From positions 1 to 64,000 of the IMG/VR virus record IMGVR_UViG_2930438282_000004: a stretch of DNA of 64,000 bases; one strand, written 5' to 3'. This DNA is from a virus. Lineage: Duplodnaviria > Caudoviricetes. Shown piece by piece: positions 28,421-37,683 of the stretch. The position numbers were made by a program, and so were the translations under genes. A model generated the notes under the pieces. That model was not told the origin of the DNA. It worked only from the letters and a program-made list of their open reading frames with translations, and ran no database searches. Numbering within the stretch: position 1 is the stretch's first letter; each line of letters opens with the position of its first letter.

Positions 28421-29973
28421 CAGCCTTCCTCCTGCGCCTGCGCGAGCGCTTCGAGGTCATCGATCGTGCCGGACAGCAGCGCGGCCACCTGCTCACTGGT
28501 GATGACGCCGAGCGTCGCCGCGGACCCGAGCTTCTGCGCGCTGTCCGCCAGCGAGGCGAGGACATCGACACGGCGCTGCAGCTCGGCGTCGTCCGTACCC
28601 GCCAGCCACAAGTCGACCTGCTCCGCCCGGTAGCCGGCCTCGATGAGGGCCTGCCGACGGGGAACCCCGGCTTCGATCTTCGCCTTGACCGTCTGCCATC
28701 CCTCGACATCGTCGATGGTCTCGGCAGGCTTCCAATGCACAGTGACGACGGGGTTGGCGATGCCGAGGCGACGCAGGGCGAACGTGAACGCCTCGCGCAG
28801 GGTTGCCCCGTAGGAGAGCTGCCGGTTGCCGACCTTCTTGGTGAAGGGGGCGTCCTGAGCGCGCACGGACTGCCCGGACGGCTGCTCACCGGAAGGGTCG
28901 AACAGGTGCAGAGGGGTGGTGCAGATGACGGCCATGGCGCGGACGTTGAACAAGATCGGGTCGAGGAACACCCCAGGCTGCGCAGCGTCGAACTGGCCCA
29001 CCTGCTTGAAGCCGCGCAGCAACATCAGCTCGCCCGGGCCCGCCTTGAGGCTGCTGTCGTCGCCGGAGTCCGACGGGCCGACGCCCTGCTCCGACAGCGG
29101 CCAGTCGTCATCAGCGAAGTCGCCGGGCTCCAGGTCGGAGGTGTCGGTGGTGGCGGTCTCGGTGAGCGCATACCGCTGCGGGAAGCCCTGGTAGTCGACC
29201 GTTCCCATGTGCGTCGACTGGAGCTTGGTGATCGCGTTCTGCGGGCCGTAGGCGCCGTAGTGCTCGGGGGTGCCGTAGGGCCGGTCGGTGCGGAAGTGGA
29301 AGACGGGCTGCTCGCCCCAATCGTTGTCGATCTTCCACGACTCGGGGTCTTCCTCGTCGGCGAGCCAGTGGAACCAGTCCCGGGCCTGTTCCCCACTGGA
29401 GTTCTTGCCCGTGGTCCACCGCTCGGTCCAACCGTCGTACAGCAGCTCGGCCCGCTGGTAGGGCCCGTCACACCAGCGTTTGATCGTGAGCCGCTTCCGG
29501 CGCGGGTTCTCTTCGTCGTAGATGACGCGGACGGTCTGCGGACTGTTGTAGAACATCTCGACCCGCACCACGGTGCCGTCTTCGTCTTCCACGGGCAGGA
29601 CCATGAGGTAGGCGTCGCCGAACTCGCCGGCCCGGCGGAACAGGTCGGGCAACTCAAGGTCGAGTTGGTTGTCTTGCCACACCTTGGAGATGAGGGCGGT
29701 TTCGTCGTCGTTCTGGCCGGTGATTCCGGCGATCTCCAGTCGGTCGGTGACGGCGTCGACGGGGGTCTTGGCGAAGTTGAGGTCGAAGTCGATGTCGTGC
29801 GCGCGGAGGGCGCGGCGGATGCGGGTGCTGGTGAAGACCTCGGGGACTTTGCCGTCGTAGTAGCGGGCGGCCTGGTCGTAGTTGGGGCGCGCTTCCTGGA
29901 GTTCTTCGATGCCGTACATGAGGTCGGCGTGTGGGTCGATCGCCTGGTCTTCCAATGCACCCTCCAGCCTCAT
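28420..29973 (-). CDS. Portal protein (SPP1-like)
   Basis: RYYDG, NFAKTPVDAVTDRL, GFPQRY; follows terminase. Confidence 0.9.
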   Translation of the reverse strand: MRLEGALEDQAIDPHADLMYGIEELQEARPNYDQAARYYDGKVPEVFTSTRIRRALRAHDIDFDLNFAKTPVDAVTDRLEIAGITGQNDDETALISKVWQDNQLDLELPDLFRRAGEFGDAYLMVLPVEDEDGTVVRVEMFYNSPQTVRVIYDEENPRRKRLTIKRWCDGPYQRAELLYDGWTERWTTGKNSSGEQARDWFHWLADEEDPESWKIDNDWGEQPVFHFRTDRPYGTPEHYGAYGPQNAITKLQSTHMGTVDYQGFPQRYALTETATTDTSDLEPGDFADDDWPLSEQGVGPSDSGDDSSLKAGPGELMLLRGFKQVGQFDAAQPGVFLDPILFNVRAMAVICTTPLHLFDPSGEQPSGQSVRAQDAPFTKKVGNRQLSYGATLREAFTFALRRLGIANPVVTVHWKPAETIDDVEGWQTVKAKIEAGVPRRQALIEAGYRAEQVDLWLAGTDDAELQRRVDVLASLADSAQKLGSAATLGVITSEQVAALLSGTIDDLEALAQAQEEG

Positions 29974-30053
29974 CCTTTGATTCGAAGGATAGAGGCTGAA
30001 TTGGATCGCGTCACGGTCGGGCCTGGAAGTGTTCTACCTTTGAAACGAAGGAA

Positions 30054-31661
30054 CTACGTGTAGGCGGTCTTCGAAGCCGAGGGCGCAGCCTTCCGCACAG
30101 GCGGGATGAACCGGCGCACCGCCGACCCCACCGCGTCGACCATGTCGTCATTCGGGCCCTTCGGGAAAATACACATCTGCTGCTCCAACTCCGGCAGCCG
30201 GCGCGCATGCATGACCCGGCCCCGCTGGTAGTGGCCCAGCACGCCCTCCGCGCGCGAGAACTTCGGCTCGTTCTGATGGACCGTCTTCACCTTCACCGGC
30301 ATGTCGTGGAGGATCGCCTGCCACGCGTCGCCGCCCTGGTTGACCTCGATCAGGATCAGCCCGATCCGCGGGAACTCGTCCAGCAGGGCGAGCACGCGTT
30401 CGCGGAGCTCCGGGCCCGGGCGGAGCCGCAGCGCCAGCGCCGCGTGCACCGTGCAGCGCTTGTGCCAGGCCGACCACGACACCACCGCCAGGCCGGTGAA
30501 GTCGCTCGCTCGCTTCGCCGTGGTGGCGGGGTCGATGCTCAGCATCATGTGGGTCACCGGGTCCGCGCCGGTGACGGGGTCGACCCGATCGGCAGCATCC
30601 AGGGCATCGTTGGCGCGATCGAACGCGGTCGGGGGCTCCGGGTAGCGGAAGTCGTCCGGCGCCCACAGAGCGCCGTCCGCGGCCAGCGGATCGTTCGCCA
30701 TGTTCTTGGCGTACGACCGGGTGTGTCGGATCTCCAGCAGATACTCGATCGGCCACTTCGCCGGCCACATCGACCGCTCCGTACCGTCCGGCCGCTCCAC
30801 GATCGGCAGGCTGTGATGCGCGCGGATCCCCTCATCACGGATCCAGTCCGCGACGTGGACGCCCTTCGCCGCCTTCACCAGCTGGTGGATGATGCTCCCC
30901 GGCATGGTCACCGTGCCGCAGATCGCTACCCGAGCGTAGATGTTCAGCGGCAGGATCGCATCCAGCAGGGTGGTGAGCCGCTTCGCGGCCAGGGCCGCCG
31001 AGTAGGACGCCTCATCCGGTTCGATGTCGTCGCACAGCAGCAGGTCCGGCCGCTTCTCCTCCACCTTCATGCCGAGCGCACTGGAGTCGATGCCGTGCGC
31101 GGCGAAGATGAACCCGGACCGGGCGACGTACATGGACTGGGTGTCCGCGACGTTCTGCCCGGACGGCCGCTTCGCCGCGGTGCACAGGTCGGGGAAGTCG
31201 CGGCGCAGCAGAGCGTTGCCGTCCAACTCCCGCTTGAAGGTGGACAGGTGCCGCTCGGCCTGCGTCGCGGCCGAGGCGAACGCGGCAGCAAACCGGACGT
31301 GGCCGTGCGCGGCAGCCCACATCGGCAGGATCAGGAACCACCACGTGGTCTTCCCCGTGTTGCGGGGCGCGATCCACGCGTCCCGCTCCTCGGCCGGCCC
31401 GGTAGGCGGGCGTACCCAACGGCGGCCGGCACGGCACCAGTCGAGGTGGGCGTCGCCGACGCTGATCCGGCCCTGCTCGTCGCGAAGGTGGTGGCGGAGG
31501 TAGACCAGGCCGAACAGCAGCGGGTCGAGCCGGGTGAGGGTGCGGCGCCCTTCCGGGTCGGCGAGGAGCCGCGCGTCGAACTGGGCGAGGTAGGCGTCGA
31601 GGCTGAACGTCTCGGCGTCCATGCCGTCGAGGTAGCCGGGCGTGCGGACCGCGGTGGTCAC
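30054..31661 (-). CDS. Terminase large subunit
   Basis: APRNTGKTT Walker A, LLLCDD Walker B, SIDPA, DFTG, FPKGPNDDMVDA. Confidence 0.93.
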   Translation of the reverse strand: MTTAVRTPGYLDGMDAETFSLDAYLAQFDARLLADPEGRRTLTRLDPLLFGLVYLRHHLRDEQGRISVGDAHLDWCRAGRRWVRPPTGPAEERDAWIAPRNTGKTTWWFLILPMWAAAHGHVRFAAAFASAATQAERHLSTFKRELDGNALLRRDFPDLCTAAKRPSGQNVADTQSMYVARSGFIFAAHGIDSSALGMKVEEKRPDLLLCDDIEPDEASYSAALAAKRLTTLLDAILPLNIYARVAICGTVTMPGSIIHQLVKAAKGVHVADWIRDEGIRAHHSLPIVERPDGTERSMWPAKWPIEYLLEIRHTRSYAKNMANDPLAADGALWAPDDFRYPEPPTAFDRANDALDAADRVDPVTGADPVTHMMLSIDPATTAKRASDFTGLAVVSWSAWHKRCTVHAALALRLRPGPELRERVLALLDEFPRIGLILIEVNQGGDAWQAILHDMPVKVKTVHQNEPKFSRAEGVLGHYQRGRVMHARRLPELEQQMCIFPKGPNDDMVDAVGSAVRRFIPPVRKAAPSASKTAYT

Positions 31662-31664
31662 GGC

Positions 31665-31835
31665 TCAGCCCTCGTGCAGTTCGCGGCCGTCGAGGCTGTG
31701 GTGCACGGCGATCCAGCCGACCGACCCGTCTTCGCGCTTCTCCGGCCGTTCCGTGGGGCCGCACACGCACTGCCCGCCGACGCTCGTGTCGTGCTCGATG
31801 ACGTCGTCGACCGGGATGACGTGAAGGTCAGCCAT
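31665..31835 (-). CDS. Small His/Cys phage protein (56 aa; absent from the ORF track)
   Basis: MADLHVIPVDDVIEHDTSVGGQCVCGP...IAVHHSLDGRE between the terminase genes. Confidence 0.7.
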   Translation of the reverse strand: MADLHVIPVDDVIEHDTSVGGQCVCGPTERPEKREDGSVGWIAVHHSLDGRELHEG

Positions 31836-32454
31836 CGGCGCCGCCGTCGAGGATCTGCTGCTCCTCCGACTGCATGCGCGCCTTCGCCTCGCGGAGCATC
31901 TCCTGCAATTCGAGGTCTTGCTGGGACACCTCGGTGACCGTGGCGTCGACCTTGACGGGCATGTCGAGGCCGAGGAGCCGGCGGATGGACTCGCCCGTGC
32001 GGCGCCGGGATTCCTCGATCCGGTTGAGCCGGTCGACGGCCTGGAGGATGACCCCGTCGTCCTCCAGGGGCTCTTCCTCGCCGGTCTCCGGGTTGAGGAG
32101 GCGGATGACGCGGCCGTTGTTGACGGTGATGTGCTTGCGGCCCATCACCTCGCGGACGGTCTCCTCCATGTTGCCGAGGCGTTCGAGGGAGGCCTCGAGG
32201 CGGGCGAGTTCGAGGGCCCGGTAGTGGTCGACCTTCGGGTCGATCCGGCGGGCGTACTCCTTCTCGGCGATGTCGCGGACGCTGCTGAAGGCGATGCGCT
32301 TGCCGCCGGTGGGTCCGTCGGGGTCGGCGGTGAGGGCTTCGATGGCGCGGTAGGAGAGTCCTTCGACACGGAGGTCGAAGATGAGGGAGACGAGGTCGGC
32401 GGCCTCTGCTTGGTTCCGTTTGCTGTACAGGCTGGGCCCTGCGCGGCGCGGCAT
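31828..32454 (-). CDS. Probable terminase small subunit
   Basis: N-terminal HTH (GLSYRAI), RRLLGLDMPVKVD; upstream of the large subunit. Confidence 0.75.
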   Translation of the reverse strand: MPRRAGPSLYSKRNQAEAADLVSLIFDLRVEGLSYRAIEALTADPDGPTGGKRIAFSSVRDIAEKEYARRIDPKVDHYRALELARLEASLERLGNMEETVREVMGRKHITVNNGRVIRLLNPETGEEEPLEDDGVILQAVDRLNRIEESRRRTGESIRRLLGLDMPVKVDATVTEVSQQDLELQEMLREAKARMQSEEQQILDGGADG

Positions 32455-32608
32455 TTCCCCTCCCGGCCCGTTGATTCCACAGGATCGCAGTGCGTCCACC
32501 TTGGAATCTTAGGTCAAACTGGGTCTTTAGTCGCCTGTTCCTCTACCGACTCGGCCGTCCCAGGTCCACAATGAAGGTACGGCACCAACGCGGAAGGGGC
32601 GCTGAGCG

Positions 32609-32806
32609 ATGGTCTCCAGCCGAGGCGGCAAGTACGGCTTCGTCTACCGGTCACGGTTCAGCGCGTACCGCGCACTGCGCCGCAAGGGCCTGTCGAAGAG
32701 CCGTGCCGCGGAGATCAGCAACGCCGGACGCTCCTTCCCGCAACGGTCCCTGATGGCGAGGAAGGCCGCGAAGACCAGGCAGGCGCGGGGGCGCAAGCGT
32801 CACTGA
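32609..32806 (+). CDS. Small basic protein
   Basis: YRALRRKGLSKSRAAEISNAG. Confidence 0.65.
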   Translation: MVSSRGGKYGFVYRSRFSAYRALRRKGLSKSRAAEISNAGRSFPQRSLMARKAAKTRQARGRKRH

Positions 32807-32820
32807 GGTGGCGGGGTGAG

Positions 32821-32859
32821 GTGAGGGCCCGGAGGCGGACGGCGTCTTCGGGCCCTCAC
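32821..32859. terminator. Hairpin between convergent genes
   Basis: GTGAGGGCCCGGAGGCG-gacgg-CGTCTTCGGGCCCTCAC. Confidence 0.7.
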
Positions 32860-32874
32860 CGTGTCCGGGGCCGG

Positions 32875-33132
32875 CTACTGCTGCGGCGGGTACTGGCCGG
32901 GCGGGGGCTGCCATCCCTGGGGCGGTGGCCCGTAACCCTGCTGGGGTGGCGGCGGCGGCATCATCTGCCCTTGCGGGTACCCGGTGACGACCTTCTTGCG
33001 GCCCATGGCGGCGGCAATGGGCCAGCCGGTGATGGCCCATAGGCCGCAGGTGATGAGGGTCAGGAAGAGGTGCAGGCCGTGGTTGGCGCCGCGCTTTTCG
33101 ACGTATCGCTGTGGTGGTGGGTAGTGGCTCAC
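32875..33132 (-). CDS. Small membrane protein with Pro/Gln-rich tail
   Basis: NHGLHLFLTLITCGLW hydrophobic segment. Confidence 0.7.
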   Translation of the reverse strand: MSHYPPPQRYVEKRGANHGLHLFLTLITCGLWAITGWPIAAAMGRKKVVTGYPQGQMMPPPPPQQGYGPPPQGWQPPPGQYPPQQ

Positions 33133-33245
33133 GCCTTTCCCCCTGGTGTACGGGTTGTGGTGAGGAGTGAGCGTAGGGGGAGTTTTTGCCGTGTGTGGGG
33201 GGTGTGACGGGGCTGTGACCGGATCGGATGGATTCGCGCACGACA

Positions 33246-33278
33246 GAGGCCCCGAACCGGACGGCGGTTCGGGGCCTC
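33246..33278 (-). terminator. Terminator-like hairpin
   Basis: GAGGCCCCGAACCG-gacgg-CGGTTCGGGGCCTC, perfect 14 bp stem. Confidence 0.7.
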
Positions 33279-33291
33279 CTGCCGAGCAGGG

Positions 33292-33435
33292 TCAGGAGTC
33301 CCGGGACTTCCGCGTCTCCAGCATCCGCGCAGTGGAGACGTACTTGCGGCGCAGCCGGTCACGTATGGAGCCCAGGCCGGGCCCCCACTGGCACGGCGGG
33401 CCGCCGTCCACGTAGTAGTTGTAGCTCCACACCCA
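33292..33435 (-). pseudogene. 3' remnant of a gene cut at the IS21-like end
   Basis: Open frame WVWSYNYYVDGGPPCQWGPG...KSRDS* with no start before the IS end. Confidence 0.45.
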
Positions 33436-34250
33436 TGGCGTTAACGGTTTGGTATGGCCCCACTTTTCTGGTCTGAACTGGCCCCGACTTGCTGCGACGG
33501 GCCCTTGTGTTCCGGGCCGGAGTGGCCCCGCTTTGAAGGGAGCGGTGTCAGTCGTCGCTGGACGTCATGTCGTATTCGCCGACATCCAGATCTGCGCCGG
33601 TTGCGGCGAGGAAGTCCACCACCGCGCGATCCAGGTGCCAGCCGAAGAGGTTCGTGTCGTCCGGCGAGCCTGAGGGCTGCTCGTCATGCCGGTTGAAGTA
33701 GCGCTGGACCTGGAGAATCGCGCCCCCGGGGCCCTCCTCGGTTGCGAGACGGGCTGTCAGAGTGGTGAGCGCTTCCATGCGGGGGCGTAGCCTGCCGATG
33801 ACCTGGTCGATCTGCTCATCGACTGGCAGGCCGGGCTCGCGGCAGAAGACCTTCCAGCAGTGACAGAACGGGATGGTGTGAGGTGATGTGGTTAGACTCC
33901 CCCGCACCGTGACTTCGTCCGGTTCCACGCGAAGCAACTGGGTGATCTCGTCGGCGGCGGTGCCCACGCTGGAGATCGCAAAGTAGACGTACTGAGTCAA
34001 CGACACCCGCGGAGACTACCCCGCCCTGGTCGACAACGAGGTGGCAGCGGCAACCCTTGTGAGGGAACAAGTGCCAGCCCCAGATGGCTGGACCAAGACC
34101 TTCACCGACCCCCGGCTCTGCCCGGTGTGTGAGGTTGGGGTTGGCCGTGTAGTCGAAGTCGGACAGCCACTGCGAGCACGGGAAGCCGGTCGGGTGGATG
34201 CCCCGTTCGGAGCGGCGGCGGTCGCGGTCCTCGCACTCGGCCATCAGCAG
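33436..34250. mobile_element. Degenerate IS21-family relic enclosing a DUF4279-like gene
   Basis: TG start and three TGGCCCC repeats (33436-33530); istB fragments GWTKTFTDPRLC (+, 34086-34121) and LLMAECEDRDRRRSER...FDYTANPN (-, 34134-34250). Confidence 0.7.
33548..34006 (-). CDS. DUF4279-like protein
   Basis: YVYFAISS, EITQLLRVEPDE, GWHLDRAVVDFLAATGADLDV. Confidence 0.75.
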   Translation of the reverse strand: MSLTQYVYFAISSVGTAADEITQLLRVEPDEVTVRGSLTTSPHTIPFCHCWKVFCREPGLPVDEQIDQVIGRLRPRMEALTTLTARLATEEGPGGAILQVQRYFNRHDEQPSGSPDDTNLFGWHLDRAVVDFLAATGADLDVGEYDMTSSDD

Positions 34251-34253
34251 GGT

Positions 34254-34679
34254 TCAAGCGGCGAGAGCGTCGGCGAGCAGCTGGACGCGGGCGGTGATGG
34301 GGCAGTCAACGGGGTAGAGCACGGTGACGGTGGCGAGGCCGACGGTGGCGGTGCGTCGCTGCGGCTCGTCGGCGGCCGGCCGGGCGATGCGGTAGCTGGT
34401 GCGGTGGACCGTGTAGGAGATCAGGCGGTCGAGGCGGAACTCGCGGGGCTCGCCGGTCTCGCGGTCCATCACCTTCAGGACGATGTTGCCGGCGGCGCTG
34501 ACGTAGAAGTCGTAGATCTCGACAGTGCGCAGGGTCCGGACGAGGTGGCCGGTCTTCCTGCCGTTCTCGTCCTTCTCTTCCTTGAGCGCGGTGATGGTGA
34601 CGGGGTGCTGGCGGTCAGCGGCCTTGATGAGGCGGGTGAGGGTCTGGCTGGTGGTCTCGTTCTTGTTGTGCCTCATCAT
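34254..34679 (-). CDS. Stand-alone WYL-domain protein
   Basis: HPVTIT...RTVEIY...DRETGEPREFRLDRLISY. Confidence 0.75.
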   Translation of the reverse strand: MMRHNKNETTSQTLTRLIKAADRQHPVTITALKEEKDENGRKTGHLVRTLRTVEIYDFYVSAAGNIVLKVMDRETGEPREFRLDRLISYTVHRTSYRIARPAADEPQRRTATVGLATVTVLYPVDCPITARVQLLADALAA

Positions 34680-34689
34680 CGCCCCTTGG

Positions 34690-34765
34690 TTGCGCTCTCT
34701 TGTTGCGCTTCACGGTAGCGCTCCGCCACTGTGAAGCGCAAGGGAATTGCGCTACCGTGTTGCGC
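34690..34765. promoter_or_regulatory. Operator-like repeat array in a divergent promoter
   Basis: Four TTGCGC copies; 11 bp inverted repeats TTGCGCTTCAC/GTGAAGCGCAA and CACGGTAGCGC/GCGCTACCGTG. Confidence 0.6.
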
Positions 34766-35002
34766 ATGGATCCGATGACCAACCTCGACAAGGCGACCTC
34801 CCGATACCGGGAGACCGAGAAGGAGCACGACGAATCCCGGGACGCCGCCATCACGGCCGTAGTTGAAGCCCTGCGCGCTGGCGCCCGCCCAACCGACGTC
34901 ACCGCGCGCTCACCATTCACGGCCGCGTACGTGCGCCGGATCGCCCGAGAGAACGGCATCGAGGCAGCCAAGCCCGGCCCGAAGAAAGGCGCGGCTCGGT
35001 GA
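34766..35002 (+). CDS. Small HTH-like DNA-binding protein
   Basis: VVEALRAGARPTDVTARSPFTAAYVRRIAR. Confidence 0.7.
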   Translation: MDPMTNLDKATSRYRETEKEHDESRDAAITAVVEALRAGARPTDVTARSPFTAAYVRRIARENGIEAAKPGPKKGAAR

Positions 35003-35394
35003 CCCAGCACACCACTTGCCAGCACGAGCGCCACCGCCTCACCTGCGAGGACTTCGACCAGTTGTGGCAGCACGCTCAAGGCTGCTGCGAACTCTGCGGC
35101 ACTCCGGCCGTGCAAACCCCGGATGGGAAGCTGTTCATCGACCACGCAGGGGCGTACAGCTTCTTCTCAGCGCGGGGCCTGCTGTGCTCGAAGTGCAACT
35201 CCCTGATGGGGTACATCGACCGTGGCGAGAAGCAGGACGGGCGCGCAATCGGCTACCTCGCCAATTCGTGGTTCTTCCGTGTGCTCCGCGCCCGGCATGC
35301 TGAGAACGTGACCGCCCGACGACGGCTGCGGCGACCCGGCGCCGAACTCCCGGAGCGCCCGGCGGGTGGCGAAGGGAACACCGATGGAGTGTGA
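34999..35394 (+). CDS. Endonuclease VII-like His-Me finger nuclease
   Basis: CELC...IDH...RGLLCSKCNSLMG. Confidence 0.8.
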   Translation: MTQHTTCQHERHRLTCEDFDQLWQHAQGCCELCGTPAVQTPDGKLFIDHAGAYSFFSARGLLCSKCNSLMGYIDRGEKQDGRAIGYLANSWFFRVLRARHAENVTARRRLRRPGAELPERPAGGEGNTDGV

Positions 35395-35544
35395 GAGCTG
35401 CCACGGCACGGGCGTCGACCCGCACGCGTACATCGTGCAACGAGGCAGTGACGGTGGCCTCCGTGGCGTCGCCATCGCGCCGTGCACCAGCTGCCAGCCT
35501 GATGATGAGAGCGCAGGTTCGGTGCGCCCGGACGAGGAGCGGTC

Positions 35545-35805
35545 ATGAGCGTGTCCCCCTTTGATCCGCTGGAGTCCCTGCCCCCGGCGCGCAGGAAGCT
35601 CATCGTCACGCTGCTCGGCTACGGCGTGGAACGGCTGGACGCCGAGGAGTTGCTGGAGGACGTCGAAGCCGAGCTGGCAGAGCAACTCCGCGACGAAGCG
35701 GATCGCGAGGGGGCTGAGTTCCGACCCGGCCTGCATTTGGCGGCCAACCTGCTCGACCCGAACGACGGCAGGGGCGTCCCGCCGGAACGCGGGGGAAGAG
35801 GATGA
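35545..35805 (+). CDS. Hypothetical protein
   Basis: GAGGAG RBS; ATGA coupling to a short CxxC ORF upstream. Confidence 0.55.
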   Translation: MSVSPFDPLESLPPARRKLIVTLLGYGVERLDAEELLEDVEAELAEQLRDEADREGAEFRPGLHLAANLLDPNDGRGVPPERGGRG

Positions 35806-35855
35806 AGAAGGCCCCGCCTGGTTGTCCGGGCGGGGGGCCGCTCCACATTTAGACG

Positions 35856-36116
35856 TCAGCCCGGGTAGTCGTCGCCGAGCACCTCACGCCGCGCCGCCGC
35901 AGCCTTCCGATTCAACGCACCCGTCATCCGGAACAGAGCCACCGTCAACGCCAGCCACGCCACGACGACCACCACCTGAATGACCACGCCCACCACGCCG
36001 AGGCCATCAACCGCCCGGCCCACGATCAGAGCAATCACGCCGGCGCACAGCCACGCGAACCAGATGCGGAGTTTCTCCACGCGCACCGCGCGCTGCACAT
36101 CGCTGTAGTCGGACAC
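35856..36116 (-). CDS. Small two-TM membrane protein
   Basis: VSDYSDVQRAVRVEKLRIWFAW followed by hydrophobic helices. Confidence 0.6.
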   Translation of the reverse strand: MSDYSDVQRAVRVEKLRIWFAWLCAGVIALIVGRAVDGLGVVGVVIQVVVVVAWLALTVALFRMTGALNRKAAAARREVLGDDYPG

Positions 36117-36430
36117 GAATCCCCCCGAGGTTGGACGTAGTTGTCGGGCCGCATCATCTGCCGCAGTGGGCACTGTGTGAAGGGTGGCGCCCGAACCATG
36201 ACATGCGAAAGCCCCGCCCCCAAAGCGATTCAGGAGCGGGGCCGCTGCACATCCGGCTACGCCGACTATCCCCCTGGGTAATGTCGGTGATCTCCACGGA
36301 CACCTTCATACGGGACGAGGACGTGCTGATCAGAGACGGCGAGTAGTTCAGGCTTGTCCGGTCCGTCAGCTCAGCCGTCTCGATGACCGGACCACACTCG
36401 TCGCCGTGGATCTCGTACAGGGGTGTGCGA

Positions 36431-36922
36431 TCAGGACTCCGAGGCGGTCGCCTTCTTCAGCGCGGCCACCAGCTCGGCGCGCCGGTCATCGGAGGTGAGG
36501 TCTTGATCCCGGGCAGTCCAACCGAGGGCGAACCTGCCAACCTGCCGCCAGTCGCCGGTCTTCTTCATTGTCGTCACCCAGCGCGCGGCGCCTGCTGACT
36601 TGTCGAACTCGTAGATCGACACGGTATCCGTGGTGATGAGTTGCGAGCAGTCGTTCGGGCCTGGTGACTTGCCGGCTGCCTTGCCTGAGCATGCGTCCGT
36701 GTTGTCAGTCGGGTTGCCGAGGTCGGTGACGCCCGTCGCGTCGGCAAGCTTGGCTGCGGCTTCCTGCGCGGTGAGCCCGGTGATCGGCAGGGCCACTCCG
36801 TCCTCGCTCGACGAGTAACGGATCTTCGAGGGCTCTGTCGAGGCGGTGTCACTGCCCGAGCAGGCGGTGAGCGCGAGGGCTGCTGCGGCGAGTAGCCCGA
36901 CGGCGGTAGCGCGGGTGTTCAT
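36431..36922 (-). CDS. Lipoprotein
   Basis: Signal peptide with LALTAC lipobox. Confidence 0.8.
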   Translation of the reverse strand: MNTRATAVGLLAAAALALTACSGSDTASTEPSKIRYSSSEDGVALPITGLTAQEAAAKLADATGVTDLGNPTDNTDACSGKAAGKSPGPNDCSQLITTDTVSIYEFDKSAGAARWVTTMKKTGDWRQVGRFALGWTARDQDLTSDDRRAELVAALKKATASES

Positions 36923-37037
36923 GTTCCCCCCTGGAACGCGTGGCGTGTACGGGGGTCATGATGCCGCGTCCGGTGCTTCCGGTTCCGGGCATGCCAGATC
37001 TGCGCCCCATAGTGAGGAAAGATCGCGCCGAACGCAA

Positions 37038-37637
37038 CTACGGGCGTAGTACCCGGCGTGGGCTGGAGCCATATATCTCCCGAAGGCGCACGGAGAGGGC
37101 TTCCTGAGCTGCCTCCACTAGCGCGTGGGCGTCGGGCACCTGCGTGTAGCCCTCAGCCCTGCTCATGCTGAGCCTGTTCGCCTCTCTGTGCGCCTGGCTG
37201 ACAAGCGAGCGCAGGTCGTCGTCAATGATCAACGCCTTGAGCCTGGTGATCTCCCGGTTCGATTCCATCAGGGCGACCCCGTGCTCTCCAAGCGGCTCAT
37301 CATCGGTGACGTGATCGTGGCACCGGAGCGCGGCAGTGAAGAGTCGTGCAAGTACCGCGTTTACCTCTGCGAGGTGAGTCAATTCGAACGCCTCGCGACG
37401 GTCGATCCCTGCCTGCTCCCGATCCAGCTCCCGGATCTTCTGCTCACGCTTCAGGGCAGCAGCTTCGCGACGCCCCTCGCTCAACTGGTTGAGCCAGGCG
37501 CCGAGAATCAGCGAGACAACGGGGAGCACAGCCGTGATGGTCCATTTCCAGTCCACGCGGCGGAGAGTACGTGTTTCGCCAGGAATCCGCGCGCGGGGAG
37601 GCCGATGCCCCGCCGTCACAGGGAGACGGCGGGGCAT
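37038..37637 (-). CDS. Membrane-anchored hypothetical protein (start probably near VDWKW)
   Basis: TM helix followed by a helical domain. Confidence 0.55.
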   Translation of the reverse strand: MPRRLPVTAGHRPPRARIPGETRTLRRVDWKWTITAVLPVVSLILGAWLNQLSEGRREAAALKREQKIRELDREQAGIDRREAFELTHLAEVNAVLARLFTAALRCHDHVTDDEPLGEHGVALMESNREITRLKALIIDDDLRSLVSQAHREANRLSMSRAEGYTQVPDAHALVEAAQEALSVRLREIYGSSPRRVLRP

Positions 37638-37683
37638 CGTGTTCCGGGCACCACCCGGAGTGAGCCTTCAGCGTGGCAGGGGC

